The notes: a model not told the origin generated them from the letters alone. Positions 1 through 14,428 are shown, numbered from the stretch's first letter. The stretch: DNA of 64,000 nt from Balanoglossus misakiensis (GCA_040954595.2 CM082581.2:9155878-9219877), one strand, 5' to 3'. A program made the numbers and translations.

Positions 1-3000
1 TTAATTTTACTGGACCATCTCTGTCTCCGTCGATTCATTCCGCGCCAATTGCCCCGTCGCTGCGGCTGATTGGTAATTTGGCCCGGCTAGATGACTTCGG
101 GGGAAAACGTTTTAACGTCAGGTGAGTGACCGTATCGTTCTGCTTTGAAGGGCCAACAAAAGCTTTTTAGCATGTCTAGCGAATGCAGCTCAAGGGGAAA
201 TGTGTTCAGTTCGTTACGGCGACAGCGTATGGAGGTTCATAGGCTAAAAGCAGACATCCAAGACGTGTGCGACGAAAGGAAAGAATACTGCATGTCTTTT
301 CTTTTCAGCAAACCGACACATGTCGGCAGCTGTGCCTCGGCACAACCCTCCCATTACAACGCACAAATGGTGCTCGATTTGCTTAATTTCAGTTATCCAC
401 ACTTTAACATGATTTCATTTCATTCACCTCATGGTCTAACCATTTAACAGTTGTGTCTTTTAAGAAAGCAAATACCGCTGTTTCTGCGTCATATCAGTTG
501 TGAAATACTAAACCGATGTTATCAAATCCACTGAGGGCGTCGTCTGGTTGTAACATGCTTCTCTTTCCTATATTTGTCGGCCCAGGGGAATCATTTCATT
601 TCAATTAATTAGATGGGCAGGGCAATAGGACGCATCCTGTAAATGAAAGAATGATGACGTTATGAAATGCTTGGGGCTTTGGCATATTACGCTGGGTCGA
701 AAAAGCTGAAACAGGCATCCAGATCCCCCCATAATGTTCAAACAGGTTCATCGTTTTCTTTAGATTCATTTCCAGCATTCTTTTATCGCCTGCGACTGTG
801 TTTCTTGCAAGTCGAAAATAACCGTCGTCATTTTAAATATTGCTTCGGTCCATTTCGGTGATTGGATATTCACATTGTGGTTCGGGTACTTTATTTACAA
901 CCCCGTATTTCTGCATGTAGCATTTATTGCATTAAATTTAGAATGGGAAAACATCTGGCTGACGGGACCACCGGGATAAAGATTTGCAACGTCTGTGCCG
1001 TTGAAAGCGAAACGTCTGAAACATTTATATTTTTGAATACCATATGAGAGTGATGATTTCAACCATAGGGCATACACGGGCTGTGCTCTAGAGATCGCCT
1101 TGTGTAAGTTAATTATTATACCCATAGTGAACAACGCCGGTGGTCACAAACCGAAAGTGTGCATTCTGACCGCGTGCTTTGACACTAAAACACAGAATGT
1201 GTTGAATCATATGTTGAAGTTTACTTACGCCTAAATTACGTTCCAAAGTCGGCAAACTCACAAAAAGACCGCATTTGGGACCTTAATACAACAACGAAAA
1301 ACTCCTTCATCCTCCAAACCCACTTCACCTCCCATGGCCCACTTCTCGGTGGATTTCTGTAAATGAATTACTTTATTCATCCCAAAGAAATGAGCGTTCC
1401 AGCAGCTGCGCTGGATGTACTGATAAACTTTAATCTGGTACATGCTTAGATCAATCATTGACAGTGGAATTCATGACCGCGGTTTTCAAGTTCAATTTAT
1501 CACGTATTTCCTTAAGCTCATTAAACAAGCCTGCAATGCTCGGATTCCGAATATTTCAGAATGTAAGTATGCTTACAGAAGTGTACTGCTCAATGATTCG
1601 TTTCAATCACTTCCTACATTTGTACAAACGACAGGGAAAATTGTCAGCACAACTATCATTATGTATCGCAATTCTTTACGCATGAAATAAAAATGGAAAC
1701 GACTCGCACTTGAGGAGGTCAAGGACAAGGTTAGTGGATTACACCCTGATTTTCATTTTAGTAAATAAGGTTTGCAGAGGAATCGGGGGATACTCCGATT
1801 TGATTACTGTAATCAATGATCTATCCCCCCTAAAACACATCTTAACAGCCCCTCTCATTTAGAATGAAATGAAAGGTCATCATTTGTAAACTTGTGTTAA
1901 CATGAAAAGATAAGGGTTAGATATCCGGGTTATATATATATTGCGGGAGGGCCCGGGTAAATCGCGGGTGTCCAATGACCGGAGGATTCATTAACGTTCA
2001 GCGGACAGTCACTTTCCGTGATGGGCACACTGCCCCAGACCCATTTAACCATTTATGACACGACGGAACCAAATTATCAAATATCAGAGGTTAAATAGAA
2101 CAAAATATAAACCATATACAACGTATACACAGCTGACACTTTCCACATGTTTGGTATTGCGTGGTTCTATTTTCTGTATTGTATCCGATTATTTTCATCG
2201 TGTCATGACACCATTCAGTGGTTGTTTTGCTTTCATGCAAACGCTGATTTTTTGTCTATATTACCCAGACGTACCATGTGTTGCCTTTTATGCTATAGTA
2301 CCAAAAATGAGCAAATGTCAGCGCGATAAAGGAACATCATGTAAGGGACTGTCTAGGATTATTACAGAAGTTCCAAACGGATCACTCCAGTCCTAAGAGT
2401 TTCAGGTCAGTATCCTTTAGTCTCGGTTACCCAGACCCCTCTGCTTCTTCCGTTGGGCACTCCAGAAAGACATGAAAGAGTATGTTGGGAAATACCATAT
2501 GAAAACCTCCGGACAAAGATGGCTGACTCGAGGCAAAAGCGATGCAACCATGAGTACGGCTAGTCGTTTAATATACGTCGGCGCCGGGCACTTTAACCTA
2601 CATGTCAGTCCCATCAACGCCGCGAGATAATTACACAATAACGAATGGAATTGTATGCGTTGCACTTAATGCACTTCGGTGACAAGTTTTCATTACAAAC
2701 CTCTCCACACCCTACAAAATTAAAAGATTTTGTAGGTAATGGTGTCGTTTGCAAAACCGAGGACGGAAGAAAGGCTGTTTGAGAAGACTACAACCCAGAC
2801 ACATTCTTTAAACAAACGCAATCGACAGTGTTAGCTGAGATGACGTTGATTTAATTTTTCCATCGCACAGTTCACCTGGTTTAGTAGGTTGATGACAACC
2901 AAATTCCTTACAGCATTGGAAATAACGAAGCTGTTTAAAGTAATGCATCGCTAATCAAATCAATTGAAAGAATTAAAACACTCTCAAAACGGCTTTCTTA

Positions 3001-6000
3001 ATTTGCGTAAAAAAGATTCGTGTATTGACAGTCTGAGAGAGTTTCCTGATTAGAGAACGGCACACTACGTCAAACTGGTCCAGATTTAACTGGTTGTTTG
3101 GTCAGACAAACTGTGTCTCCATAACTCCACTACGTGGCATATACTCCTGTTGAGTCGAAGGGGTTTGTGAGAATCATTAAAGACTTCACACTACCGCGCC
3201 CCGTTTTGCAGAATTAGCATATAGTGTTAGCAAGGATGAAACTCTATAAACTGAACTGCAATTTTCCAATATTAGAGTTAGAAATGAGTGTGACCGAAAC
3301 CATTTTGTTTTGTAACCTTCAAAGTGTTCTCATTATCGGTGGCCCAACGGAGAACAATTACCCGGGTGCTGTTCAGGCGATGCTTTGAAGTATCGCTCAC
3401 CGATACAGTAATCAATTCTCCATCAAATAAACGGTATGTCGCCTTTGTTTCTAAGGGTTTTGTCACACTTCGGCCCCTTTGAGCAACCGGAGCATGCCGG
3501 GTCGCTGATGGCGACGACAGCGTGGTGTCACACGGACAGAAATCAAAACGGAGAGCATAATTTTTCGTCACTGCAATTTTACAATCCAATGAATTTCTTG
3601 TTAAAAAAATAATAGGCGTGTGCTCGGTTTTCTAATAGAATCGAACATTATGCTTTCGAATAACCACAGCCAGGCATTTCCCCTACGCACATTTCCGTTC
3701 GCGAACTCATGATGCAAGCTGCAGCGACGTCAATGAGCACTGCGTCTCACGCGGACTACTTTAATAACGCTATGTATATCAGGCGTCAGAAATTTCTCCT
3801 TTGTCGTTTATGAAAGTTAATCAACGATACTTAAAGAGGACGTCTTTGTCAATGACTACCGAAAAATTTTACCGCCCGTTTAAAACCAATTTCAGAAAAT
3901 GATCCATAATGTTCATCCAATTTAGTCAAGGAATAGTCGCTCGAAATTGCGATATTGGCCTGCTGGTTTTTTGTCTGTTTGTCGATTGAAGGTCGTCTAA
4001 AAGCTCCGTGTTTTCCAACGGCTTTCATGGGATCTGTTTGCATGATACGAGGCAGCATCATTCAACCGCGCTCAGGTTTTCCCGCGTGAGATTACAACAA
4101 GCTGGTCTAAACGTACAAATTGGGAGACTTTAGGAATCGCTTTCTTCAAAGTACGATCGAATTTAAGTGATCCCTGCGGATGTCTGGCTAGCGTGACGTA
4201 AACAGTCCAAAACATTAATGCCGGTTCAAGAAGCATTTGGAGCAGTACACTGTAAAAGCCATCTTCCTGTCGGCCTTGAAAAGTGGTGATACATTTTCAA
4301 GAACGAGCGAAATCCCCGTTGAATTTACGTACATGTACTGTAAGGGCCTCGCATGTCTATTCTCGAAACACAAACTCCTTAATGTTCACGCCCGGCTAGG
4401 ACAGTTTCTTCAAAGAACAGTTGATTGACTATCGGGGAACTTCAACGCCAACTAGTAAACATATCCGTCTTAGAAAAATTGGAAGCAAGTGGTCATATCT
4501 TATCCCGCAAAACCGATACATGTAAACAAAGAAACTCGTTCAGGGGCGAGAGGAAATAGCCATATGCCAGATTCAAGTGAAATTGCGTGCATGTGAATTA
4601 AACTGAAATGCCAGATCGATCATTCCATTCAATGGCCGTTTCTAACTATCGATCTTTTGCCTGCTACGTTCAAGTCTCGCTAAGTATACTAATCAGTTTA
4701 GGCGATAGGTTAGACTGTTCTAGTTTTGCAAACACTATTGTCCAAGTAAATCAAGGCTCCAATGAACTTATGTGGTTTCATGATAAAAAAAATACAGCTA
4801 AGGAGTGGACACTAATTGAATCTTGATAACCCCGAACTTGACTCTGGTAAACAAGGATATGAAATTGATCGATTCCACCACCATCATCACGTCGTGTTAC
4901 ACTAAACCCTTCCTCCCTTCGACTTCATTAAAAGCTACTTTTCAGGCAATAATAAGACAGGATGATAGTTAGCTCAAGATGCCTATAATAAGGATTTACA
5001 CACGTGACAGAATACTGTTTTGACAGCTTTCTTGATATTGAACGGATAAAATATTAATAGGTAATTATGTGTTCAAACGCTATTTTTAGATTAATACGTA
5101 TTCTAAAGAAATAAATGATCTAGAGATTAATATGTTGCAAATCTCAACTGAATTCTCGTCGGCTTGACAATTGTAAACTCATTTTTTTCATCAACTAGGT
5201 CGGGTGTTTGGCGGCTTATAAAGAATCAATATCACGATTGGAAAGTCGTCGCAAATTCAACTGCGGTTTCAATTATGTCCAAGGTGAAGTTGACGGTAGC
5301 ACCACGCTCGGGTTATTGTATTAAGGAATACTTCGTAGTGTATAATATGATCTTGACATTGGCAGAAAACTCGATTTGCGTTACAAAATGGCGTTAGAGT
5401 CCGAACTCATTTTATATGTAGTAAATATATTCCCGCTGCATAGATTCGCAAGCACTTGGCAAGGTTGTTTTAAAATGACATTAATTTCAATTATCTGACG
5501 GGAGGAATTATTATAAACAAATACGAGATCAAATGAAACGCGGTGCGTTTAGCGGCCATCTAATATTTAATAAAGAAATCAGTGGCTTGAATATCAATCA
5601 TTTCTGAAAGTATTTATAGTTCAAATAATCGAAAATGGATAAGCTAGTATTTGAATATGTTTCGAGTCTGTCAAAGCGAATATCGAAATTGGCGTAGAAG
5701 TAATTTCAAGCTGTCAATTTGGTGCTTGCCTTGACCCGTGGTCAAAGTTGAGCCGTTAAGTCCGTGCTAACATAATTCTACTTGCAAAATTTCAACCCAT
5801 AATAATCTGTGGACCAAATGGAGTATATGTGATCATTATTTTTGCTGCTTTTAGAATTGTTCAATTTCCAGATAATTATACGAAGTCACCAGACTTGTGA
5901 CACGGTAGGTTTAGGACCATGCTTGCATATGTTACCTATAGTGTATATACATGTATTTCTATCTTTAGAAATTTTTCAAAAGGGTTATTATGTTCTGGTC

Positions 6001-7746
6001 ATTTTAGAAAAAACCACATCATGTCTAAAAGAGTTTTATTCTATCAGATGGCATATGAATTGTATGCCATCATCGCTTAAGACTCACCCAATACTCCCAG
6101 CACTCTCCTCGTATTCTGAGATAATCATCTATAAGAGTGTACTGACGCGTTATAAGATACATTTATCACGCTAAATCCTCGCTTATCATTAGCACGCTTG
6201 TGGAATAATAAGAGAATGTTAACCATCACTTCTCCGAAATGTTTGATCGCACCATTATGTGGCAGATGCAAACAAGTCCTCTCGGTGATTATACATTCCT
6301 TTACTGACATGAATTGGTCGCTTAATTGGCTTGAACGCCCTGCAAATTTCGCATTCAGTGAGGTATTCATGACCTGAATGTATACATATACATATACACA
6401 CGCTATCCGCACTGTACATATACATGTATCAAATCCGTGTGAAATACCATGTAAATGTCAGACGCCCGGGCAGGTCATTTTCAGATTTGCAATTCGACCA
6501 ACTGGTTGTTCGGTTTCCTAAATAGCAGTGTGACCAACAATTTGTGCCATATGTGTGTTCGGGGGGGGGGGGGGTCTGTGGTTTCGCGTTGGCTCTCAAG
6601 AATGAATGGCATATTCTACAGGCGGCTGTATTAGTCTGCTGTAAGAAAGAAAATGTCACAGTAAAAGCCTCCGGTTCCCCTGATAAAAACATTAAACTAA
6701 TTGAAACTTGGAAAGTAGATAAGTTGGGGATTGAGGCTCAGCATGCATGATTCATAGGTAACGAATCCGTTGCCTCAGTAAATTCCCTGTACAAATGTTT
6801 ATTGTCCACCAACCAAATGTTTCTGTCTGGTTTGTCCAGGATATCGGCTTACTGAGTTGATAATGGTGGGATCGATGCATCCATTTACCTACATGGCTAC
6901 CCACTTACCGAGGACGTCTGGGGTGCTTATGACTGTTACACAGATATCCAAGTAAACTATTATTTGGATATTTGCAAACATTCCTTGTTATGTGTTACAC
7001 CATGATCAGTAAATACATCAACTTGTATAGCGAGGTATTTAGAAGGAAAGAAATAATAACTTAGGTTGCAAACGCATTAGAATGAGTGCAGAGCTCTGAA
7101 TATGACGGGGTTAACACTAAAGGCAATGTAAACGTTATTGCACAGACGCTGAAAAGTATCATCGATTTTCGAAAAAAAAGCCCCACAGGTTCTACACGAG
7201 AAAGAACTTTACAGTAAAGGGGGAATTGACGTAATAGATTTTAGTGCAATGACGTTGCAACTGGATGAGTCGGGAAATCGTGACGTGCGTTCAGCGACCT
7301 TCCTTCAAAATTCTCGCCGAAAACATCACGGGTGTCGGGAACATTTCTCCGACACAACAAAAGTGATAGAGAACCTTGTGACATCTAGATGCCCGATACA
7401 CATATACTCTGTCGCCGTAATTACGAATGCAAGCAGGCAATATGATCGGATTGAAGTGATTAATCGAATACACAATAACTTATGAAATTGATATGGAAAT
7501 GGGTCATAAACGAATGAATGAGATGTCAAAGTAAACTGTACTCTATCTATTAAAATATTATTTGTTGCAACATGTTCTCTCTGTCAAACAAGATGGTTAC
7601 TAGCAGTGAAAAACATATGCCATTGAAGACATGTAATAGAGGACCAGGAACATATTAATTTATACGTACTATAGCAAAATAAAACCCATCAATCGGACTT
7701 GAGAGAAAGTACGTGCAAACTCTTTCGAACCATACTGTGTGCAAGC

Positions 7747-7791
7747 ATAAATAAATAAATAATAAAATAAATAAATAAATAAATAAATAAA
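7747..7791. repeat. (TAAA)n microsatellite, slightly imperfect
   Basis: Direct reading of the tandem ataaataaat run. Confidence 0.9.
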
Positions 7792-10700
7792 TTCTTTGGT
7801 CCAGAATAGGATACACGTTTTCCATTCATTTCAATGGGTATCTTTCGGCTACATACATGTTACAGTATGTCTTGTTTGCGCGACCCGACCGATAATTACA
7901 CAACAGGATGACTATACCCTCGTTATCAGAATCATCGTACGTCCCATCGCGATGATTTGATTTACATTTGCACCTTATGTCTTGTACCCTTACTCATACA
8001 TAATAATGATTTTCAGAATTTAAATCTGCCTATATAAGGATTGTGTATATTCACGTGCTATGGTTACGTTTCAAATGATTGGCAACCTGTCACCGATTTC
8101 CAATGTTCAAATGTGCAAGTTGTTCTTCAAGTCTTTGGAGTCGTCTATTCTGCCTCCTGTGGTGAACGATGCGCCCGACCGCCGCGCAGCAAACCCAAAT
8201 GACTATAGTCAGGTACAGAATGACATCTGAAACAAGTCGTACGTTTCTCTTGCGTGACTACAAGGGCTGAATCGCGTTTTCCTTCTTTGCTTTCATGGTC
8301 AATGGCCCTACAAAATTCGAGAGACCGTCGAAAACACCATCTAAGTATTCATTGCAGTGTTTTGAGCGCAGCACTGTTCTTCAAAATGTGAAATCAGCCG
8401 GAGCAGGTGCTGGGGACCGTAAATGAAGGATTGTGTTGCCCCTTTGTTAAAAACTTTAAAATGACACCTGACTGTGCGTGCAGTGCATTCCAATTTATCA
8501 AAACGGCATTAGCACACACGAGGGAATCATTTACTCTGTTGAAATCAAACATCAACAGAATCTGGTTACCAAGGGGAATGTACTTTTATAGCCTACTTGT
8601 ATTGATTGTATTAGTGGCAAATAGAAAAATCGATGGAATTAATGTACATAGCCCAAACAAATGTGAAATAGTTAAAGGCAGATAAATTGGGGGGAAAATC
8701 TGAAAAACGTATTCATCATTCAGATAAACCCGATCAACTAAGATAGTAATTTTGATCAACTCAAGCTATAGCCTTTATCGCAAACACATCCCATTGCAAT
8801 CGTTCGAACATACCACTTGCACATACCCACTTACTGATGACGTCACATGTACGCAGGGAATTCGAATAACAACGTTTACACACTTCAAATTATAAAGACC
8901 GAATTCTCTTTCCGTGACATCGACATGTTAGATTTAAAGCGTTAGATTTACAACCTTTCAATATTGTCGACAACATGCTGCACGCTCAAAAATTAAGCGA
9001 AGTGAAAGTGATATACTGACTATAGGGCCGGGTGTGGATATTCAGCCGTGTAGCCTATAGGGGCTCTAATATCTCACCTAATTAGCTGCACAGCTGCCGG
9101 TGTACAACTCTTCCGTCGTCCACAACTTCGCCCCTGTGATTATGAAGGCCTACCTACTGCTGCCATGCGCAAAAACGTAACATTGCCGAACATTGACAGA
9201 AAAGCGAATGAAAATACTATCGACAATGTACAGAACTGCCTAAACATCACACCAAACACCAGTGGCCAACTGGTGGGGAATCATCTGTCAGGCTAAAATC
9301 TGCATTATACACTGGATGCTAATTGGGTACTTCGGTAAACACACCTGTCAATCACGATGTTTTATCACACTCTGAAGTGTGAATGAAGGTCAAAAGTAAT
9401 ACAGATATAGTCTTTCTGTTTTTGCCATCCCGTCTTTTTCCAAGGGTAATCTTTCCCCAGAATGTAAGAAACACACGGAGCAATTGAAAAACACTCTTTG
9501 TCTTTCTCTGTCTCTTCTGATGCTTATCACATTCTAAAGTCTCTTTTGATGTCAAATAAATCACATATATTGGCTATTCAAGTGTTAATTGGATAAATCA
9601 AAACATAACATTGCGCTAAATTAATCAACACGTGTAGTAGAATGTATATAGTTTTATTGTGCAATAAAGGCAAATAGTCTGCGATGTCAATTGGATCTCA
9701 CGCATTCGCCATAGCAATTCAACTAACGAGAGTTCTTGAGTTTCTGAGTCATATGTGAATGACATTCTGTCAAGCGTTAACCAAAGTTACGGAGACTAAC
9801 AAGTATATCCTCAGCGCCGAACAACAACCTGCCGTTAAAATATGTCCATAGCAAAACTACTCCAACTCGGGTCGCGTTTTTTTTATTCAAGGGGTCATTT
9901 GTAGCGTGTAGTTGGAAATATTCACACAATCAGGTATCACAGCACAAAACTAATAACGAGAGGGCAGCTATTATTTAATAAGAGTTTGTTTAATGTGCCT
10001 GTGTTGTGTTACGCTTAAAAAGCAAATTGATGTGCAGCTCGATCCAGTGAAGGTTTGACAATGGCGCTAATGTATTCTTTCGAATTACAACTTGAAATGG
10101 GAATATATAACAAGTTCAGCGAATGCAAATGTATCGTTTCGTCGTACGGTCGAACTAATTGAACGGGAGGCGATAATCAATGCAAATGCCACTGACTGTC
10201 GATGCAAAAATCTCCGTAATCACAACAGGATTATTGTCAAAGAATAACCAATATGGAGATTCTTTGTGCGTGCCAGCTGTTGCATGATGTCCATTTCACA
10301 CAGCATTTCCATATTCCTAAAATGGTTAAGCTCTCATTGTCCGCAACGCTTCCCTTCCATTGGTAAGTATAAGGCTGTGAATTAGAAATGTGTATGGGCC
10401 GTGTGCTTGTACACAATGGTATCGTTGATGGCTACGCTTAATCTGCGTGTTTCGCAGAGGTGACCTCTTCTTGATGAAAGTCAAAAAGTTACTTCGTCGT
10501 GCCCACATAGATCAGTAATATATTTCTTTTAATGCTCATTCCATACTGTTTGACGAGCAGTCCGCGTTAGGAGAAAATATATATTGATTGACAAAGACAG
10601 TGGGTTCCTTGTTATCAGACTACCGGGGAAACATTTAATACCATAGTTAATAGGGGGAGATGTCTTTACCAAACCAATTCGCAAATTTCGCTGTTTGCTA

Positions 10701-13290
10701 GCGTTTAATCGAGAAAAACCCATCCCAAGACACTTGTTAGGGTGCTACAACTTTACGCTAACAAGTGTGTGGGATTATTACCTTCGTTAAGTTGAAAAGG
10801 AACGCGAACAGCGAGAAACAGACATATACATGTATGTTTACAGTGGATGTTCATGTGATTTGTCTGAATTGAAATTTGCACTGTTCTGCTCTCTGAGATA
10901 TGTGCGATCACCGATTGTCACAGGTCAATCTGTAGTCTGTATGGACACAAAATACACAACACAGTTTTTGGTGATGACCGACAATTAATGGAAATATCCA
11001 TGTGTTATGTTCAGGTGGGCGTGAGTTGAGCTTTGACAACCGGCCACAGGGGGTGAATAAACAGCGTGTTAAAAGATATAATGTCAAGTGTGAGGGACTT
11101 TGCCCCTTTAATACTAATATGGCCGGTGGTACATGTCATCTTCTATATGTAATTACTCGAATACACGCTTTGAATTCATGTTAATTAAGGAAATTTAGCC
11201 TCGGCGCGCCCGCAGTTTATAATAGCAGGTTGCTTTAACACGCATGAACTTTCTAGCGTGATTATTTCATAGCTCCGAACCCTTTCTTTGAAATTTGATA
11301 CGTGAAGTTCATTTTATCATACTCGTAAAGCCCTTCAAAATCTCTTATTCATGATCGTGAGTACAATTAATCCAGAAAGTCACGCTCCTTCTCATAACGA
11401 ATGTAGTAGCGCAGGTGCTGGCGGAAATATCAAATTGCTGCATTGGATCAGTGGTATGATATTATGCGGTGATCGTATCTTGTGATGTGCGTCAGCCACA
11501 AACGGTTTAATGAAGATTATTTCGAGTCGGCAAGAAATCAAAACATTCAATCGGCGTGAGCGCATTAGCAACTCAAAACGCGCATTTGATGGTCTGCGTC
11601 GCAGATCTAATACGCCATCTCGCCGGGCTATCGCATAGCTCTCAACATTTGAACGGAGTATATATAGGTCTACGCAACTGCCGTTTTCAATAAAGACGAC
11701 CGAGTCTCATGCATGCACGTCGGTGACCAATTAGTATCAGAGAAAAATATCTGGTTGCACCCGCTCCATTAGCTGTCACATATCACAGAAATTCTGACAA
11801 ATCCATAGCCTCCATTTCATGTATCTCAACCTGCAAGATGACAGGCATCGGAAGTAGCGTTCGCGATAATGTCACCATGTTGTGAAGTCACAACGGGCCA
11901 ACATTCATTCGTGACTAGTTCCACGAGATGCTCATAGAACACACATCCGGGGGTATGAATCGGGGAAGAGAAAGCTCCCGCGAAATCAACATCGACAGCC
12001 CATCGCAGACGATGTTGTATCATACAAGTTGTGGGCCTAATAAGCTCACCTGAGCTTGTTATTCCACGCACAGCCATTTTGCAGCCACGCGCATATTGTG
12101 TACCAACAATGCTTTACATATGTGCTTAATCGGCCGCGCACATTGTCAACATCGTTGGAGCAACTTCGCTCGCGTGATTATCGGCAAATTGACGTCTGAA
12201 TTTGCAGTGGTTAACCGTCAAGGAATTAGCCCCGCTTTAGATAAGCCCCATCACCAACCTACAGAACTGTCAGCAGCTAGAATGGGAACATCACGTCTTC
12301 TGGGTGTTATTTCGCGCACAATGTCTCACTTGTGAACAAGCTCACAATCCCGCGACAACAGCCGTGCCACAAACCTTTGTGCGCTCGCAAATCTTATCCC
12401 AATTAATTGTGCTGGGTCTTACACTGAGTTCATTTTCAGGCTTATTAAATTTGCAAGAAGCCAGACGTGGTCGAAATCACGTGTTGGAGAGGGTAATAGG
12501 CCTACATGTACCTGTAGAAAAACAAACAAGTTTCCTTTTGCAATTTGTATAATATTGCACCAAATGATACCATTGGTCTGATAATATGATGTCAGAATCC
12601 ATTCGCTGACGACATCTTACCGTTGCCTGGTTACCGCTGTTTGATGGTTGTTGGATATACGCCGCGGAGTACTGACGGGCGCTTCACACTTGCGCGTCAC
12701 TCATCGGAGCCATCACAAACTTTCTCTTCACCATGTGTTTATCGCTTTCAATCAATCCGTTTCATTTTGTTGCTAGGTAGCAGATGAGGTTAATCGGACT
12801 GGTCGATGCAGACGCTTGGCTGAGGACTGTTCTCTCAGACACTCGCTGGTTCCACAGATGAGCTGAATGTCACCGGTTCTCTGTTATGCTGTCGTGAAAA
12901 AGCGGGCCGAACCTCTCTGCCTCGATCTCCCAAAAGTATACGACGTGCTCGGACCGATTTCTGTATTTAATCAGTTTTTAATGAAACAAATAACGAAGCG
13001 GATTTGATGTTCGCTTTCAACTGTCACAGCCTCCACAGGGTCGCTTCTTCGGACATAGTCATTTCAGCTAGACATGTGCATCGTCTGACTGGACCGTCTC
13101 TGCGTTGAGCGCCGCTCCTCAGAAACTTTGAAGGAGACACACTTTACCGGGGAGGAGACATATCATTCGTGTATCTTCATCTTCGCCGTCTACGTGCATG
13201 TACAGGCACCACCGAGGATTCCGTGGATTCTGTGCGCAACACTGATTCAAGAAACGGAGCTGGCCCGCGTCGTTCAACGCGAACGTGACC

Positions 13291-14382
13291 ATGGAGACGA
13301 CGTCTGCAGCGTTCAACGACTCGTCAGAGAACGACGATGCCCTGGATCAATTGTTTCCTAACGAAGCTGTCAGAATCGTAAGTCTCGTGGCTTTGGCTCT
13401 CATTGTTTTCCTTACAGCTGGCGGCAACCTGCTGGTCATACTCAGCGTTGTGTTCTTCCAGCGCCTGCAGACAGTCACTAACTATTTCATCACCAGCCTG
13501 GCAGCGGCTGACTTCCTCGTCGGCTCCATCGTGTTGCCGTTCTCCACGGCGGCAATTGCCCACCCCGAAGCCTGGCTGTACGGCACCACTTGGTGCAATA
13601 TGTGGGTATCAATCGACGTTTGTGCGTGCACCGCGTCCGTCCTAAATCTGTTCGTCATCGCCGTGGACAGGTACATTGCTATAAGCTCCCCATTCACATA
13701 TCACATGCGTTTATCAGCGAATAAAGCAGCTATCGCTATTGCCGTCGTGTGGATCGCATCTATTTTAATGTCGGTGTTTCCGATCATGGCTGGACTAAAC
13801 ACCCCCGATTTTCGGGTACAGAACCAAGAAAATCCGACAATCTGCGACTTTGAAACGAACGTGTACTACACCCTGATAGTCGGATTTTTGGCATTTTGGG
13901 TTCCGCTCATTGGGATGTGTACGGTGTATATATGGCTCTTCAAGACCGCCAATGCGCAAGCCCGTCGCATCGAAGCCATGGACAAGGCAATAGCCACAAA
14001 CCACCGCCACCCTACAAACATGAAACGGGAGAGAAAAGCGGCAAAGACGCTGGGCATCATCATGGGATGTTTCCTCGTGTGCTGGGGACCGTACATCGTA
14101 TACTGGACTTTGAAAGACGCGTTCCATTTCCAGGTCTCGCTCGAAGCTCTGAACGCCATGGTGTGGATGGGGTACTTGAACAGCACGCTGAATCCAATCA
14201 TCTACGCGTTCTTCAACAAGGAGTTCCGGAATGCCTTCAGGAAACTGCTTTCTTGCGGCAGTTGCCAGCTGCCCAGCAAATGGAGGGACGCCGTCCTCCA
14301 CGAGCAGTCGTTCATATCGCCGACCGTAGCGGGAGCCGCCGCCGCCACCGCGGTCAACGGGAATGTGATTTCTGAGTGCTGA
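13291..14382 (+). CDS. Class A GPCR, biogenic amine receptor (histamine H2 / dopamine D1 / beta-adrenergic-like group), intronless CDS, 363 aa
   Basis: Seven hydrophobic segments with canonical motifs: GN (TM1), TNYFITSLAAADFLVG (TM2), D3.32 in SIDVCACTAS, DRY, W4.50, FWVP (TM5), KRERKAAKTLGIIMGCFLVCWGP (TM6), WMGYLNSTLNPIIY (TM7) and NKEFRNAF (helix 8). The short ICL3 and the TM5-ICL3 stretch 'VYIWLFKTANAQARRI' resemble H2/D1/beta receptors. The start is placed at ATG 13291 (ACCATGG, strong Kozak) rather than the track's GTG 13285. N-glycosylation sequon NDS in the N-terminus. Exact subtype cannot be assigned without phylogeny. Confidence 0.95.
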   Translation: METTSAAFNDSSENDDALDQLFPNEAVRIVSLVALALIVFLTAGGNLLVILSVVFFQRLQTVTNYFITSLAAADFLVGSIVLPFSTAAIAHPEAWLYGTTWCNMWVSIDVCACTASVLNLFVIAVDRYIAISSPFTYHMRLSANKAAIAIAVVWIASILMSVFPIMAGLNTPDFRVQNQENPTICDFETNVYYTLIVGFLAFWVPLIGMCTVYIWLFKTANAQARRIEAMDKAIATNHRHPTNMKRERKAAKTLGIIMGCFLVCWGPYIVYWTLKDAFHFQVSLEALNAMVWMGYLNSTLNPIIYAFFNKEFRNAFRKLLSCGSCQLPSKWRDAVLHEQSFISPTVAGAAAATAVNGNVISEC

Positions 14383-14428
14383 GGCCAGACTTTTTCAGAA
14401 GACAGAGAGCTATAGCCTGGACAAGGGC

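Noticed and set aside
2711-2736. Perfect 10-bp hairpin cctacaaaat-6nt-attttgtagg (similarly 26766-26789)
   Set aside because: About one such stem is expected by chance in 64 kb of AT-rich DNA, and there is no functional context.
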